49,683 nt of DNA from Legionellaceae bacterium (GCA_002707695.1 PANR01000024.1:1-49683); one strand, 5' to 3'; positions 1-9,963 are shown, counted from the first letter of the stretch. The notes: a model not told the origin generated them from the letters alone. Program-made: numbers and translations.

Positions 1-354
1 TACCTCATGATGCGCATGGCGTTTTTGCGCGTTTGGCGAACGGGTGCCGTTGACATTAAAGAAGATAGTGAAGGCGGCGGAAAAGAATTAACGATTGAAG
101 GTGTCAGTGAGCATTACCGCGTGGTGGATTTTGATGCTTGCCTGGTATTGGCGCCACGTGAATTATATTCAGAATTACGCACTTACGGGCATGGCGTGCA
201 AAGCATGCGATCACTTATGAAATATGTGCATAACTTAGGATGGGATGTGGAGCTAACCGGCTATAAGCGTCTTGTTCGCGCTGCTTGGTATGAAGTAGAG
301 AAATTAAATCTTCAATCCAAGCATCAAATTAGTGTAACCAATTATCCAACATAA
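1..354 (+). CDS. Hypothetical protein, probably 5'-truncated by the window edge
   Basis: Frame is open from base 1 (TAC CTC ATG...) to TAA at 352-354; no recognisable motif. Confidence 0.55.
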   Translation, partial: YLMMRMAFLRVWRTGAVDIKEDSEGGGKELTIEGVSEHYRVVDFDACLVLAPRELYSELRTYGHGVQSMRSLMKYVHNLGWDVELTGYKRLVRAAWYEVEKLNLQSKHQISVTNYPT

Positions 355-376
355 TAATAAATAGAGAGACAACATC

Positions 377-1591
377 ATGGCAGTAGCGATGAGACCAAAA
401 AAAGAAGTGATTTTGACTGTTGCAGGTTCTGCCTATGCAGCGGTGCAAAATTTTTGTGATGAGCGCGGCATCAGATATGATGGGCCATCACAGGAGGCTC
501 TCAATCAAATCCAAGTTGCTGGCCAGCAATTTGAACAACACTGCAAAACACTTGATGCTGCAAAAAGCGCATCTTATTTTTCTGGTAATCGCAGTTATTT
601 ATACCAATCGAATGTTTTTGAGTTGATGCGTGATCATGGCAATCGTATGGCGCAAATTCGCGGCCAACTCACCGAATCAGTTAATGCATGTAATCAAGAT
701 GCGAGACGTCAAGCTGAAGCTGTTTTAGCGCAATTGGCAACGGAAGAAGATAAAGCGGCATTTAGAGCATTAATGACATCAGTGAACCAAACTCAGCAGG
801 ATTTTGTTGGTTCACAATTTAACGACTGGGCTGCCGAAGAACAACAAGCATTATTACAAGCGCATTATAAAAATCAATCTCAAATTATTTTTCGACCTGA
901 AGGCGTTGATCAAACTTCTGCGACACTCATGGGTGTCGGTTTAAATGGCATAGAAAAAATTAATGTTGAGCTTCGTGATGGGCGCAAAGATTTTGCTCAA
1001 ATTGGTCTTAAAGATGGTAAGCCAAATAAGTTGAGCTTTAATATTTACTATTATGAGCATGGTGATAATGATTGGTGTTTACCGATGTATTGGTTGCCTT
1101 GGCGTAAGTCAAATAGTAATACCAATTATAATACTTTTTCTCATTCTGCTTGGCGAAGCTTGTGGCGTGATAAACAAGGTCGTCAAAAGCTTGGTGGGTT
1201 AGGCGGACAAGCTGAATATATGGTTGATGTTTACGAAGAAACATTCAAAGACACCAAAGATTTGCAGCAGAAGCCAGTTGATATTTTAAATGCAGATGCG
1301 CGTGTTATCATGCAGTGTGCTAAGGCCTTTGTCAATCGAGGTTATAAAATTAGTCAGCAAACTTATCAGGCATTATCAGGCAATCAATTTCAATCGTCTA
1401 ACTCTAATAATTCCTACGCAGCAGAATTAAAACGCTACGAAGAAAGCATGCAAAAACAACACCGCACCATGCGCGATAAGGCGGCCACACAACATCGTAT
1501 CCTTGCAGCAGATTCACCCATTTTAACGGCTGAACAAGACACTGTTCGCGATATTCTTGAAGCACCTCGCTTGGTTGGTCCTGCGCGGTGA
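377..1591 (+). CDS. Hypothetical protein (404 aa), Gln/Ala-rich and helical
   Basis: Long ORF with purine-rich AGAGAGA upstream of the ATG; no recognised domain. Confidence 0.75.
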   Translation: MAVAMRPKKEVILTVAGSAYAAVQNFCDERGIRYDGPSQEALNQIQVAGQQFEQHCKTLDAAKSASYFSGNRSYLYQSNVFELMRDHGNRMAQIRGQLTESVNACNQDARRQAEAVLAQLATEEDKAAFRALMTSVNQTQQDFVGSQFNDWAAEEQQALLQAHYKNQSQIIFRPEGVDQTSATLMGVGLNGIEKINVELRDGRKDFAQIGLKDGKPNKLSFNIYYYEHGDNDWCLPMYWLPWRKSNSNTNYNTFSHSAWRSLWRDKQGRQKLGGLGGQAEYMVDVYEETFKDTKDLQQKPVDILNADARVIMQCAKAFVNRGYKISQQTYQALSGNQFQSSNSNNSYAAELKRYEESMQKQHRTMRDKAATQHRILAADSPILTAEQDTVRDILEAPRLVGPAR

Positions 1592-1625
1592 TGATGGTTT
1601 TAATTTAAATAACCAAGCTAATACA

Positions 1626-2570
1626 CTAAGCTGTAATTTCTTGTAAACGTTTGGCTATTACCATAGCAGGGTCTTTGCCGCCATTTAATACTTTTCGGCA
1701 GATTAGGGTGTTGTGAGTTTGCCCTTTGAAAATAATTTTTGTTACTGGCACGCCGGCCGTTTTTAGTTTTTCAAAATAACCTTCAGATTGACTGCGACCG
1801 CGATCATACTCAGCCACAAAAATGGTGGTAGGGGGTAGGTGATTTAAATTTTCTTCCCAGTAAGGGGAGATGTTTGGGTCTTTGTTTGATATGTTATCGG
1901 GCACATAGAGTGAGAGTAAAAAGTCAATGGCTTCTTGTGTGCATAACTGATCCTCTTCTTCGTATTCGAGGTGAGTTTTAAGGGAAGCGCTGAGGTCGTA
2001 GGGGCCAGCAATGAGTATTTGGTGGTGAATGTTTAGTTCCGGAATGTTTCGTGCTTGATTATTTATGATTGCAGCAAAATTAGCGCCAGCACTAAAACCC
2101 GCAATAATGATCTTATTTTTGTCAATACCGAATTCTTCCGTGTGGGTCATTATGTACTTTGTGGCATCTGTGGCGTCATTTAACCCTGTAGGAAAAGGGT
2201 TTTCCGGTATTAAGCGAAAGTTAACAAGAATAACTTTGCAGCCAGAATGTTTGGCTATGATGCTGCAAGGTGCGTGATGTTGCTCAAATAAATCTATCAT
2301 AAAGCCATTGCCGGGAAATAAAATTACCGCAGGCTTTGATATATCGCCATCATCTCCATAGACACGAATGGGAACTTTATATCCATCTCTGGCGGGGATG
2401 GTTTTGTCGGTAAAGGGAATGTCTTCAGGTTTACCAGCAAATTGCAAGAACACCTTGCCTACTTCGCGAAATTCTTCAATACTCATCTCGTTCACTGGTT
2501 TGGGAGGGTTTTTCTTCGCTTCTTTAGCAAGTTCAGCAAAAAATTGTTTTTCGGCAGGCTCTAAAGGCAT
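1626..2570 (-). CDS. Alpha/beta hydrolase, HSL/Aes-like esterase (abhydrolase_3)
   Basis: Nucleophile elbow GFSAG, FRLIPENPFP motif, EYD acid and GQTHN His; the oxyanion motif reads PGNG instead of HGGG. Confidence 0.85.
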   Translation of the reverse strand: MPLEPAEKQFFAELAKEAKKNPPKPVNEMSIEEFREVGKVFLQFAGKPEDIPFTDKTIPARDGYKVPIRVYGDDGDISKPAVILFPGNGFMIDLFEQHHAPCSIIAKHSGCKVILVNFRLIPENPFPTGLNDATDATKYIMTHTEEFGIDKNKIIIAGFSAGANFAAIINNQARNIPELNIHHQILIAGPYDLSASLKTHLEYEEEDQLCTQEAIDFLLSLYVPDNISNKDPNISPYWEENLNHLPPTTIFVAEYDRGRSQSEGYFEKLKTAGVPVTKIIFKGQTHNTLICRKVLNGGKDPAMVIAKRLQEITA

Positions 2571-2741
2571 TTCTTATTTTCCTTTATTTGTTGAACATTA
2601 TTACCTGTGGCTAAACTAACGTAGTTTAACAAATGTTGCAAGCATCTGTTAACTTCAAATTGATCTTCGGGGTGTTTTGGAGTACTGTAACCCTCATTTT
2701 GCGGTGACTAGGATGCGTTGATTGCGTGTTAAGGTGGTGAG

Positions 2742-3485
2742 ATGAGAAAAAAATTTATTGGCGGTAATTGGAAGATGAACGGCGATGCCGTGAGTGCAAA
2801 GCACTTGGTTGAATCTTTGCGCGTCGGGTTGTCGTCGGTTGAAAGTGATGTTGTTGTGTTCCCCCCTTTTGTTTATTTAACTCAAGTGATCGACCAATTG
2901 CGTGATTCTCGTATCAAGGTTGGTGCGCAGAACCAATGTGAACAAGCAGAGGGCGCATTTACCGGTGAGGTTTCAGCGGCCATGTTAAACGATATTGGTT
3001 GTCAGTATGTTGTGTTGGGCCATTCAGAGCGTCGTCATATATACGGCGAAACGGATGCACAGATTGCTGAAAAATTTGTGTTGGCTCAAGACAATCACTT
3101 GGTGCCAGTTCTGTGTGTGGGTGAAACGTTGGATGAGCATGAAGCTGGCGATACTGAAAAAGTGGTGCTCAAACAGCTTGATGCAGTAATTACGCGCTCT
3201 GGCATATCAAAATTTGACCAATGCGTGCTGGCTTATGAGCCGGTTTGGGCCATTGGAACGGGCAAAACAGCCACGCCTGAGCAGGCCCAGGCAGTTCATA
3301 GCATATTGCGCGAGCATTTATCGAAACAAGATGCTAAGATTGCCGACTCGCTGCGCATCATCTACGGCGGCAGCGTGAAAGCAGCTAATGCGCGAGCAAT
3401 TTTTGCTCAGCCCGATGTGGATGGGGGCTTGATAGGTGGCGCATCGCTAAAAGCCGATGAGTTTATCGCCATTTGCGACGTTTGA
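2742..3485 (+). CDS. tpiA: Triosephosphate isomerase
   Basis: GNWKMN, GHSERR, AYEPVWAIGTG, YGGSV and GGASL motifs. Confidence 0.99.
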   Translation: MRKKFIGGNWKMNGDAVSAKHLVESLRVGLSSVESDVVVFPPFVYLTQVIDQLRDSRIKVGAQNQCEQAEGAFTGEVSAAMLNDIGCQYVVLGHSERRHIYGETDAQIAEKFVLAQDNHLVPVLCVGETLDEHEAGDTEKVVLKQLDAVITRSGISKFDQCVLAYEPVWAIGTGKTATPEQAQAVHSILREHLSKQDAKIADSLRIIYGGSVKAANARAIFAQPDVDGGLIGGASLKADEFIAICDV

Positions 3486-3501
3486 TTAAGAAGAGGTAAA
3501 C

Positions 3502-3834
3502 ATGCAGCAAATTATATTGATTTTTCATTTGTTATTCGCAGTCGCATTGATTGCCATCGTGTTGATACAACAAGGTAAAGGGGCAACCATGGGCGCATCT
3601 TTTGGCGCCGGTGCTTCGCAAACCGTTTTTGGCAGCCAGGGTTACGGCAGCTTTTTGATGAAGGTGACAGGCAGTCTGGCATTGTTGTTTTTTGCAACCA
3701 GTTTGGTGCTGGGTTATTTGTCTGCAAAAGAAGTGAGACTGGCGCATAGCAACAGTTCACTATCTCATGCTGCGCAAATGGCTAAGACCATACAGCAACC
3801 GAAACAAAATGCGACAACGAACGTTAAGAAATAA
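3502..3834 (+). CDS. secG: Preprotein translocase subunit SecG
   Basis: QQGKGATMGASFGAGASQTVFGS motif, two hydrophobic segments, tpiA-secG-tRNA-Leu synteny. Confidence 0.97.
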   Translation: MQQIILIFHLLFAVALIAIVLIQQGKGATMGASFGAGASQTVFGSQGYGSFLMKVTGSLALLFFATSLVLGYLSAKEVRLAHSNSSLSHAAQMAKTIQQPKQNATTNVKK

Positions 3835-3856
3835 GCCAGCGCACATCAATCAATTT

Positions 3857-3975
3857 TTGGATTTGTAAATTGGGTGTGCTTAAACAAACCTTAATTGGCC
3901 ATGGACGGCCAATTTAGAGCGACCATGGATCGGCTTGAGCGTGTTTGTTTAAGCGCACCCAATTCGCAAGTCCAA
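3857..3975 (+). repeat. Structured dispersed repeat, GGA-loop family copy A
   Basis: ~33-nt imperfect terminal inverted repeats enclose AATTGGCC-ATGGAC-GGCCAATT, then GAGC, CC-ATGGAT and TTGAGCGTG; same core layout as copies at 20326, 49437 and 49567. Confidence 0.85.
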
Positions 3976-3999
3976 GACTTAAGAAAACCCACGTTATTT

Positions 4000-4086
4000 G
4001 TCGAAGTGGTGGAATTGGTAGACACGCCATCTTGAGGGGGTGGTGGCCTCACGGCTGTGCGGGTTCGAGTCCCGCCTTCGACACCA
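4000..4086 (+). tRNA. tRNA-Leu (anticodon GAG)
   Basis: Acceptor stem GTCGAAG/CTTCGAC, anticodon arm CCATC-TTGAGGG-GGTGG, long variable arm, GGTTCGAGTCC T-arm and encoded CCA. Confidence 0.97.
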
Positions 4087-4151
4087 TGTTTTTTATCCTC
4101 CAATAACGCAATTTTATAAATTTATGTCTCATCTTATAAGTTGCATAATTT

Positions 4152-5366
4152 TTAACTGAGCAGGCCTAGCATAAAAAGCGGGATTTTATTTTTTGTGCCA
4201 ATGAGTATGTCGTCGGCAAAAATATAAGCGTTTTTTTGATCCTTTATTTGTTTGGTGGTTTTATTTTTGCCGCCAATTTCAAAAACATTATCATCGATTT
4301 TAAAATCGCCGTGTTCGCTATAAAAGACTGATAACCCACTGTTTTGTAGTTGGTTGATGGCAAAAGTTTCTCTAACTTTGCCTAAAAGCATATCTTCAGG
4401 TTGTGCTAGATATGCGGCATAAATCAGATTTGTGTTGTCTGGGTACATCTTGATTGGATTGCGTAGATAAGCTTTGCCAGTTTGCTTTTTATAAAGAGCC
4501 CTAATAAGCCCAGCCTGCTGGAGATAGAGTAAGTAACTTGTGATGTTTTCGTAATCTTTCGACAACGTGTTTGCCAATTTATATGCGCTTAACTCTCCAG
4601 GCTGAGAGTGAGTAATGTATTTGTAGAGTTTCTCGATGGTGAGCAGGGTGGGTGTTTTGATGGAGTGCAGGGTTGCAATATCTTCGTAAATTGTTTTTTG
4701 GATGATATTTTCAATAGCCTGCAACATTTGAAAGTTATCTGAAAAGTTGTTAAGAAATGGAAAGTAGCCTGTTTTTAAGTAATTTTTAAAATGTTTCAAA
4801 GGCTGATTGAGAGGTAGTTTGTCAATGATGGTAGTATGTTCATTGAGTATTTGACTTAAGCTCAAACTAGCTAATTTGATTTTTTGAGTAAATTCCAAAT
4901 ATTCTCGAAAAGAAAACCCGTTTAATCGATAAAGCGTTACACGACGTGATAAATCAAACTTGCTATGAATAATATCAATCATTGAGCTGCCGGAGAAAAC
5001 GATTTTAAAGTCTAGATAGAAGTCAGCAATGTTTTTTAGCTCTTGTTCCCAATTTTGATACTTGTGAATTTCGTCAATGCATAGCAGGCGAATGTCGGTT
5101 GTTTTGTAGAGTGTATCAACAAGATTGAGTAGAGTGTTCTCTAAAAAATACACGTGGTCCGCTGACACATACAGCGAAGTCATTTTTTTTTGATTATAAT
5201 TTAGAATGGTGTGAAGCAGAAAAGTCGTTTTTCCGGTGCCTCTGCTACCTATAATGCCTGTGACGCTATTGTCAAAATTGATCGATTCAAAGCAGTTGCG
5301 GTAGTAAAAATCCCCAGTTTTAAACTGGTCTAATAGCAGCTTTTGTAATTCAAGCAATATTTCCAT
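4152..5366 (-). CDS. AAA_14-family ATPase with DUF4143-like C-terminus
   Basis: Walker A GSRGTGKTT, Walker B LLCIDEIH, FSGSS, YLKTGYFP, RETF and FEIGGK; ATG at 5366 preceded by GAGGCG; AT-rich. Confidence 0.85.
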   Translation of the reverse strand: MEILLELQKLLLDQFKTGDFYYRNCFESINFDNSVTGIIGSRGTGKTTFLLHTILNYNQKKMTSLYVSADHVYFLENTLLNLVDTLYKTTDIRLLCIDEIHKYQNWEQELKNIADFYLDFKIVFSGSSMIDIIHSKFDLSRRVTLYRLNGFSFREYLEFTQKIKLASLSLSQILNEHTTIIDKLPLNQPLKHFKNYLKTGYFPFLNNFSDNFQMLQAIENIIQKTIYEDIATLHSIKTPTLLTIEKLYKYITHSQPGELSAYKLANTLSKDYENITSYLLYLQQAGLIRALYKKQTGKAYLRNPIKMYPDNTNLIYAAYLAQPEDMLLGKVRETFAINQLQNSGLSVFYSEHGDFKIDDNVFEIGGKNKTTKQIKDQKNAYIFADDILIGTKNKIPLFMLGLLS

Positions 5367-5523
5367 TTGACGCCTCAATAATTTGGTTATAACCGAATTA
5401 TATAGAAAAAAGACTTAGGTTTCAACCAAACAGCATAAGTTAACCACAGCTGAATTTTAAAAAATAATAAAAACATAGGGTTATAGGCCAATGCCCTCAT
5501 GGGGCTCGGGTATGGCCAATTTA

Positions 5524-6861
5524 TCAAGGCGGTGGCGGTCCACCTAAGGTTCTTGTCTCTCCCCGAGCGGGCTCGAGTGAATATGGAGGTGGCGCGTCAT
5601 CCCGCGCTTGCGGTGTTAGGCTGTTTGCGGTCAGCGCACCGGGAGGTGCTAAGGGCGCCGAGGGTGCGGGCGCAGTGTCAGTTTTTGATGGTGCAGAAGG
5701 TGCGGGTGCAGCTGCAGCGGCAGCGGTTTCTGGCTCCAGCTCCGAGATTACTGTTTGGGGCGCACAGAGCAGATCAGCGAGAACTTTTATTGCCGCTATT
5801 GCATCATCGGTACAAGGCGTTTTTTCACTGGTAGATGCATCAATTTCAGGCGCTAATCGTTTAATATCGGCATCGATCTTGTCTGAAATGCGTGGTTCAA
5901 ATGCAACTGAGTGATTTTGTTCAAGCTGTATGATGATATTGGCAAGCGTCAACGCGTTTGGTTTTAGTGTATGTCGCGTGGTTTCGGCTGCAACTGAGGT
6001 ATTTAGGCATTCGATGCGTATTAAGCAATACAGCAAAAAACTACGGGCCCTTAATAGTCGTAATTGGCTGATTCTTTCTGGGATAGGGGCCAAGCGGAGT
6101 TCTTCTAATAAAGCTTGGGGTGGTTGGGCCTTGCGTAGGTGTTCGCTAAGCGGTGCGACGCGGCTTGGCCTTGCAAAGTTAGGTTTAACAAGAGGTCTAA
6201 GAAAAGATTCTGCAAGGTTTGAAGAGGCAATAAAATTTCCCATCATTTTTTCCGCAGTGGCAACGGCTGCTTCAGTTTCTGGCACTAGGGTGGTTGATGC
6301 AACAATTATTTTATGTGCATGTGTTTGCGCCAGATGGTTGTACACGGCATGAAAGGCTTCTTTCACACCTTCTCCTGTTTTTGCCGAGCAGCGAAAATAA
6401 GCCTTAGCGCCTATTGCCTCGGCAAACGCAGCGATCTCTTCATCGGCGTAAACCCATTGGCTGGTAACGTCAATTTTATTGACAAACAAAAAGATAGGTG
6501 TGCCAGGGGGGAGAAGTGCTATTCGGCTTCTAATACCAGCAAATTCATCCTGAGCCGTTAAATCTAAACAGGCGATATAGGCGTCGCAAGTTTGATGATA
6601 ACTCTTTACTATCGTGTCAAAGCCAGAGTGGCCAGCAATGTCCCATATCCTGAATTTAAAGAAATAACCTTCGTTCCCAAGTATTTTTATACTATAATCA
6701 GTGCCGATGGTGAGATCCACATCAAATCGAAATTGATCATTTATTTCACGCATGACTAAACTGGTTGCCCCGCCTGCACGTACTGAACGAATGATGAGGT
6801 TGAACAGCATGTTCGGTGCGTCTCTGTCTCTTAGACCGTGGTTTTCGAGAATGATTGGCAT
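5524..6861 (-). CDS. Rab-like small GTPase-domain protein with degenerate P-loop and Pro/Ala-rich tail (candidate effector)
   Basis: TIGTDY (G2/RabF1), FRIWDIAG (G3), NKID (G4), CSAKTGEGV (G5); G1 reads SVRAGGATS; RBS AAGGGGGAG upstream. Confidence 0.85.
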   Translation of the reverse strand: MPIILENHGLRDRDAPNMLFNLIIRSVRAGGATSLVMREINDQFRFDVDLTIGTDYSIKILGNEGYFFKFRIWDIAGHSGFDTIVKSYHQTCDAYIACLDLTAQDEFAGIRSRIALLPPGTPIFLFVNKIDVTSQWVYADEEIAAFAEAIGAKAYFRCSAKTGEGVKEAFHAVYNHLAQTHAHKIIVASTTLVPETEAAVATAEKMMGNFIASSNLAESFLRPLVKPNFARPSRVAPLSEHLRKAQPPQALLEELRLAPIPERISQLRLLRARSFLLYCLIRIECLNTSVAAETTRHTLKPNALTLANIIIQLEQNHSVAFEPRISDKIDADIKRLAPEIDASTSEKTPCTDDAIAAIKVLADLLCAPQTVISELEPETAAAAAAPAPSAPSKTDTAPAPSAPLAPPGALTANSLTPQARDDAPPPYSLEPARGETRTLGGPPPP

Positions 6862-6970
6862 AATGAGCTCCCCCTTGTGATGCTTTACTCCATTGTAACA
6901 CGGGCTTGCATTTTAGAATAGACGTGAAAAAATATTGTCCACTGCATAAAATTTGCCATCGGCTTATGCC

Positions 6971-6999
6971 TTGAAAGTTAGTGGTGAAAGCGTTATAAA
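6971..6999 (+). promoter_or_regulatory. Candidate sigma70 promoter of the nuo operon
   Basis: TTGAAA-N17-TATAAA, 67 nt upstream of nuoA. Confidence 0.5.
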
Positions 7000-7066
7000 T
7001 GGTCACGTTCAGTTCTTAATGATTCTGCTAAAACAGATCGGCAATATGTGAGGAAATAACGACAAT

Positions 7067-7423
7067 ATGCTCGGCCAATTTTTTCCAATTCTCGTGTTTA
7101 TCGGTGTGGGTATATTTTTTGGCCTGGCTCCCATCGTCATGGGCTTAATCCTTGGGCCAAATCGTGGTTACAAAGAAAAAACTTCCACCTATGAATGCGG
7201 GTTTGAAGGGGTAGGTAATTCACGCTTACCTTTTGATGTGCGTTATTATCTTGTCGCTATTTTATTTATCTTATTTGATTTGGAAGTCGCATTTCTTGTG
7301 CCTTGGGCAGTAGTTTTCCGCAAGCTTGGATGGTTTGGCATGCTCAGTATGTTAGTTTTTATTCTCCTGCTTCTCGTTGGTTTCATCTATGAGTGGAAAA
7401 AAGGAGCCTTAGAGTGGGAATAA
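7067..7423 (+). CDS. nuoA: NADH-quinone oxidoreductase subunit A
   Basis: [13 protein letters not shown] and [11 protein letters not shown] motifs. Confidence 0.98.
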   Translation: MLGQFFPILVFIGVGIFFGLAPIVMGLILGPNRGYKEKTSTYECGFEGVGNSRLPFDVRYYLVAILFILFDLEVAFLVPWAVVFRKLGWFGMLSMLVFILLLLVGFIYEWKKGALEWE

Positions 7424-7905
7424 AAGATCTTGCAATTAAATTTCAGCAAAAAGGTTTTGTGGTGACACAAGCTGATCAAGTGTTGAATTGGGCGCGAAGC
7501 GGATCGCTTTGGCCCATGACATTTGGCTTGGCGTGTTGCGCGATTGAAATGATGCAAGCGGCCAATCCGCGTTATGATACCGATCGTTTTGGCGTGATTT
7601 TTCGTGCAAGCCCTCGGCAATCTGACGTGATGATTGTAGCAGGTACGCTTTGCAATAAAATGGCGCCTGCATTGAGAAAAGTCTACGATCAAATGGCTGA
7701 GCCACGTTGGGTGATTTCGATGGGTTCATGCGCCAATGGTGGTGGTTATTATCACTATTCGTATTCGGTGGTACGAGGTTGTGATCGAATTGTACCGGTT
7801 GATATATATGTGCCCGGTTGTCCGCCCACGGCAGAAGCGTTGGTGTATGGTATCATGCAACTGCAAAATAAAATCAATGGCAAAAAAATTATTGAGCGAA
7901 AATAA
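7414..7905 (+). CDS. nuoB: NADH-quinone oxidoreductase subunit B
   Basis: [20 protein letters not shown] and PGCPP; start placed at GTG 7414 after AAGGAG. Confidence 0.97.
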   Translation: MGIKDLAIKFQQKGFVVTQADQVLNWARSGSLWPMTFGLACCAIEMMQAANPRYDTDRFGVIFRASPRQSDVMIVAGTLCNKMAPALRKVYDQMAEPRWVISMGSCANGGGYYHYSYSVVRGCDRIVPVDIYVPGCPPTAEALVYGIMQLQNKINGKKIIERK

Positions 7906-8687
7906 TGGCATCGTTAGCAAATCTACAGTTACAGGTGAATGAGCGTTTTGGCAAGGCGCTGTTAACGAGCGTGGTTGAGCACGATGAGTTGACTATCGAA
8001 TGTGAAGCAAAAGATTTGAAATCAATTTGCTTGGCTTTGCGCGATGAAGCATTTTTCGATTTTGATATGTTAGTCGATGTGAGCGGTCTTGATTATTTAG
8101 ATTATGGTGTTGCGCAGTGGAAAACTAATCAAGCAACTAATCAGGGGTTTGATCGTGGTGTGGATCAAGTAAAAGTGTTTGATGATCACAAGCCACGTTT
8201 TGCCTCTGTTTATCATCTATTATCCATCACGCACAACCATCGTATTCGTGTGCGCGCTTTTGTGCCTGACAACATGGCGATTGATTCAGTTATTGATATT
8301 TGGCCTTCAGCAAATTGGTATGAACGTGAAGCGTATGATCTTTACGGCATTCTTTATCAAGGCCATCCAGATTTGCGACGTTTGTTAACCGATTATGGCT
8401 TTGTTGGCCATCCGTTTCGTAAAGATTTTCCATTAAGCGGACATGTGGAAGTGCGTTTTGACGCAAAAGAAGACCGAGTGATTTATGAACCTGTTGATAT
8501 TCAACCGCGCGTGCTCGTGCCTAAAGTTATTCGCGATGATAATCGCTATTTAAATGAAGCGGCCATTCGTCATGAAGAAGACGCAGTCAAGGCACAAAAA
8601 GAAGCTGAAGCAAAAGCTAAAGAAGCGGCTGAGAAAAAAGATGATAAGAAAGATGATAAGAAAGTTGATAAAAAGGGTGAGAAATAG
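7905..8687 (+). CDS. nuoC: NADH-quinone oxidoreductase subunit C, with charged C-terminal extension
   Basis: [24 protein letters not shown] and [10 protein letters not shown] motifs. Confidence 0.97.
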   Translation: MASLANLQLQVNERFGKALLTSVVEHDELTIECEAKDLKSICLALRDEAFFDFDMLVDVSGLDYLDYGVAQWKTNQATNQGFDRGVDQVKVFDDHKPRFASVYHLLSITHNHRIRVRAFVPDNMAIDSVIDIWPSANWYEREAYDLYGILYQGHPDLRRLLTDYGFVGHPFRKDFPLSGHVEVRFDAKEDRVIYEPVDIQPRVLVPKVIRDDNRYLNEAAIRHEEDAVKAQKEAEAKAKEAAEKKDDKKDDKKVDKKGEK

Positions 8688-9940
8688 TGGCTGAAATTAA
8701 AAACTACACTATCAACTTTGGGCCACAGCATCCCGCGGCACATGGTGTATTGCGTTTAGTGATGGAGCTCGATGGTGAAGTGGTAGAAGGTGCCGATCCG
8801 CATATTGGGTTGTTACACCGCGCAACTGAAAAGCTTGCTGAAACCAAACCTTTTAATCAAAGCATTGGTTACATGGATCGTTTGGATTATGTCGGGTTGA
8901 TGCTCAATGAGCATGCTTACGTGTTAGCGATTGAAAAGCTACTTGGCATCAAAGCGCCTGTGCGCGCACAATATATTCGCGTGATGTTTGATGAGCTTTC
9001 TCGTATTTTGAATCATTTGTTTTGGGTGGGTGCAAATTCACTTGATGTGGGTGCGATGGCGGTGATGCTTTATGCTTATCGTGAGCGAGAAGAAATTATT
9101 GATTGCTACGAAGCTGTTTCAGGTTCTCGTATGCACGCAACGTATTATCGCCCAGGCGGTGTTTATCGTGATTTGCCTGAGAAAATGCCCAAATATAAAG
9201 AGTCTCCATGGCTAAAAGGTAAAAATTTAAAACGATTCAATCAGGGTCGAGACGGTTCGTTGCTCGATTTTGTTGAGGCATTTATCGAGCGTTTCCCGCG
9301 AGAGCTTGATAAATACGAAACCTTGTTAACCGGTAACCGCATTTTTAAACAACGCCTTGTTGATATTGGTGTGATTGAAAAAGATCGTGCCATTGCGTTA
9401 GGTTTTACTGGCCCTATGCTTCGTGCCTGTGGTGTGCCGTGGGATTTGCGAAAGCAGCAGCCTTATGAGGTGTATGACCAGCTCGATTTTGATATACCCG
9501 TTGGCAAAACAGGTGATTGCTACGATCGTTATTTAGTGCGTATGGCCGAGATGCGTGAGTCATTAAAAATTATCAAACAGTGTGTTGATTGGCTACGAAA
9601 AAATCCTGGACCAGTCATGTTGCCTGATCATAAGGTTTCACCGCCGCACCGTGCAGAAATGAAAAAAGGCATGGAAGACTTAATTCATCACTTTAAGCTA
9701 TTTACAGAAGGTTATTGTGTGCCTAAAGGCGAGGCGTATGCCACTGTCGAAAGCCCTAAAGGTGAGCTAGGTGTTTATTTGGTGTCAGATGGTGCAAACA
9801 AACCATATCGTTTAAAAGTGCGTGGTCCGTGTTTTGCGCATATGTCGAGTATGAATGAGTTAAGCCGCGGTTATTTGTTAGCTGATGCAGTGACAATATT
9901 AGCAAGTATGGACATGGTATTTGGCGAAGTGGATCGCTAG
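8687..9940 (+). CDS. nuoD: NADH-quinone oxidoreductase subunit D
   Basis: [26 protein letters not shown] and C-terminal GEVDR. Confidence 0.98.
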   Translation: MAEIKNYTINFGPQHPAAHGVLRLVMELDGEVVEGADPHIGLLHRATEKLAETKPFNQSIGYMDRLDYVGLMLNEHAYVLAIEKLLGIKAPVRAQYIRVMFDELSRILNHLFWVGANSLDVGAMAVMLYAYREREEIIDCYEAVSGSRMHATYYRPGGVYRDLPEKMPKYKESPWLKGKNLKRFNQGRDGSLLDFVEAFIERFPRELDKYETLLTGNRIFKQRLVDIGVIEKDRAIALGFTGPMLRACGVPWDLRKQQPYEVYDQLDFDIPVGKTGDCYDRYLVRMAEMRESLKIIKQCVDWLRKNPGPVMLPDHKVSPPHRAEMKKGMEDLIHHFKLFTEGYCVPKGEAYATVESPKGELGVYLVSDGANKPYRLKVRGPCFAHMSSMNELSRGYLLADAVTILASMDMVFGEVDR

Positions 9941-9963
9941 GTAAACAGAAAGAGAAAAAGTTA

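Noticed and set aside
3891-4103. 70-aa minus-strand ORF
   Set aside because: Antisense to the tRNA-Leu gene and repeat copy A.
5486-5518. Imperfect hairpin downstream of the Rab-like gene, with GAGCCCCATGAGGG on the minus strand
   Set aside because: Could be a weak terminator or a decayed GGA-loop repeat, but it is too degenerate to call.
4060-7066. Integrative element or prophage at tRNA-Leu
   Set aside because: No integrase and no repeat of the tRNA 3' end seen.
6862-7066. PmrA/CpxR effector-regulon boxes upstream of the Rab-like gene
   Set aside because: Only a single CTTAAT half-site on the nuo side; no convincing tandem motif.
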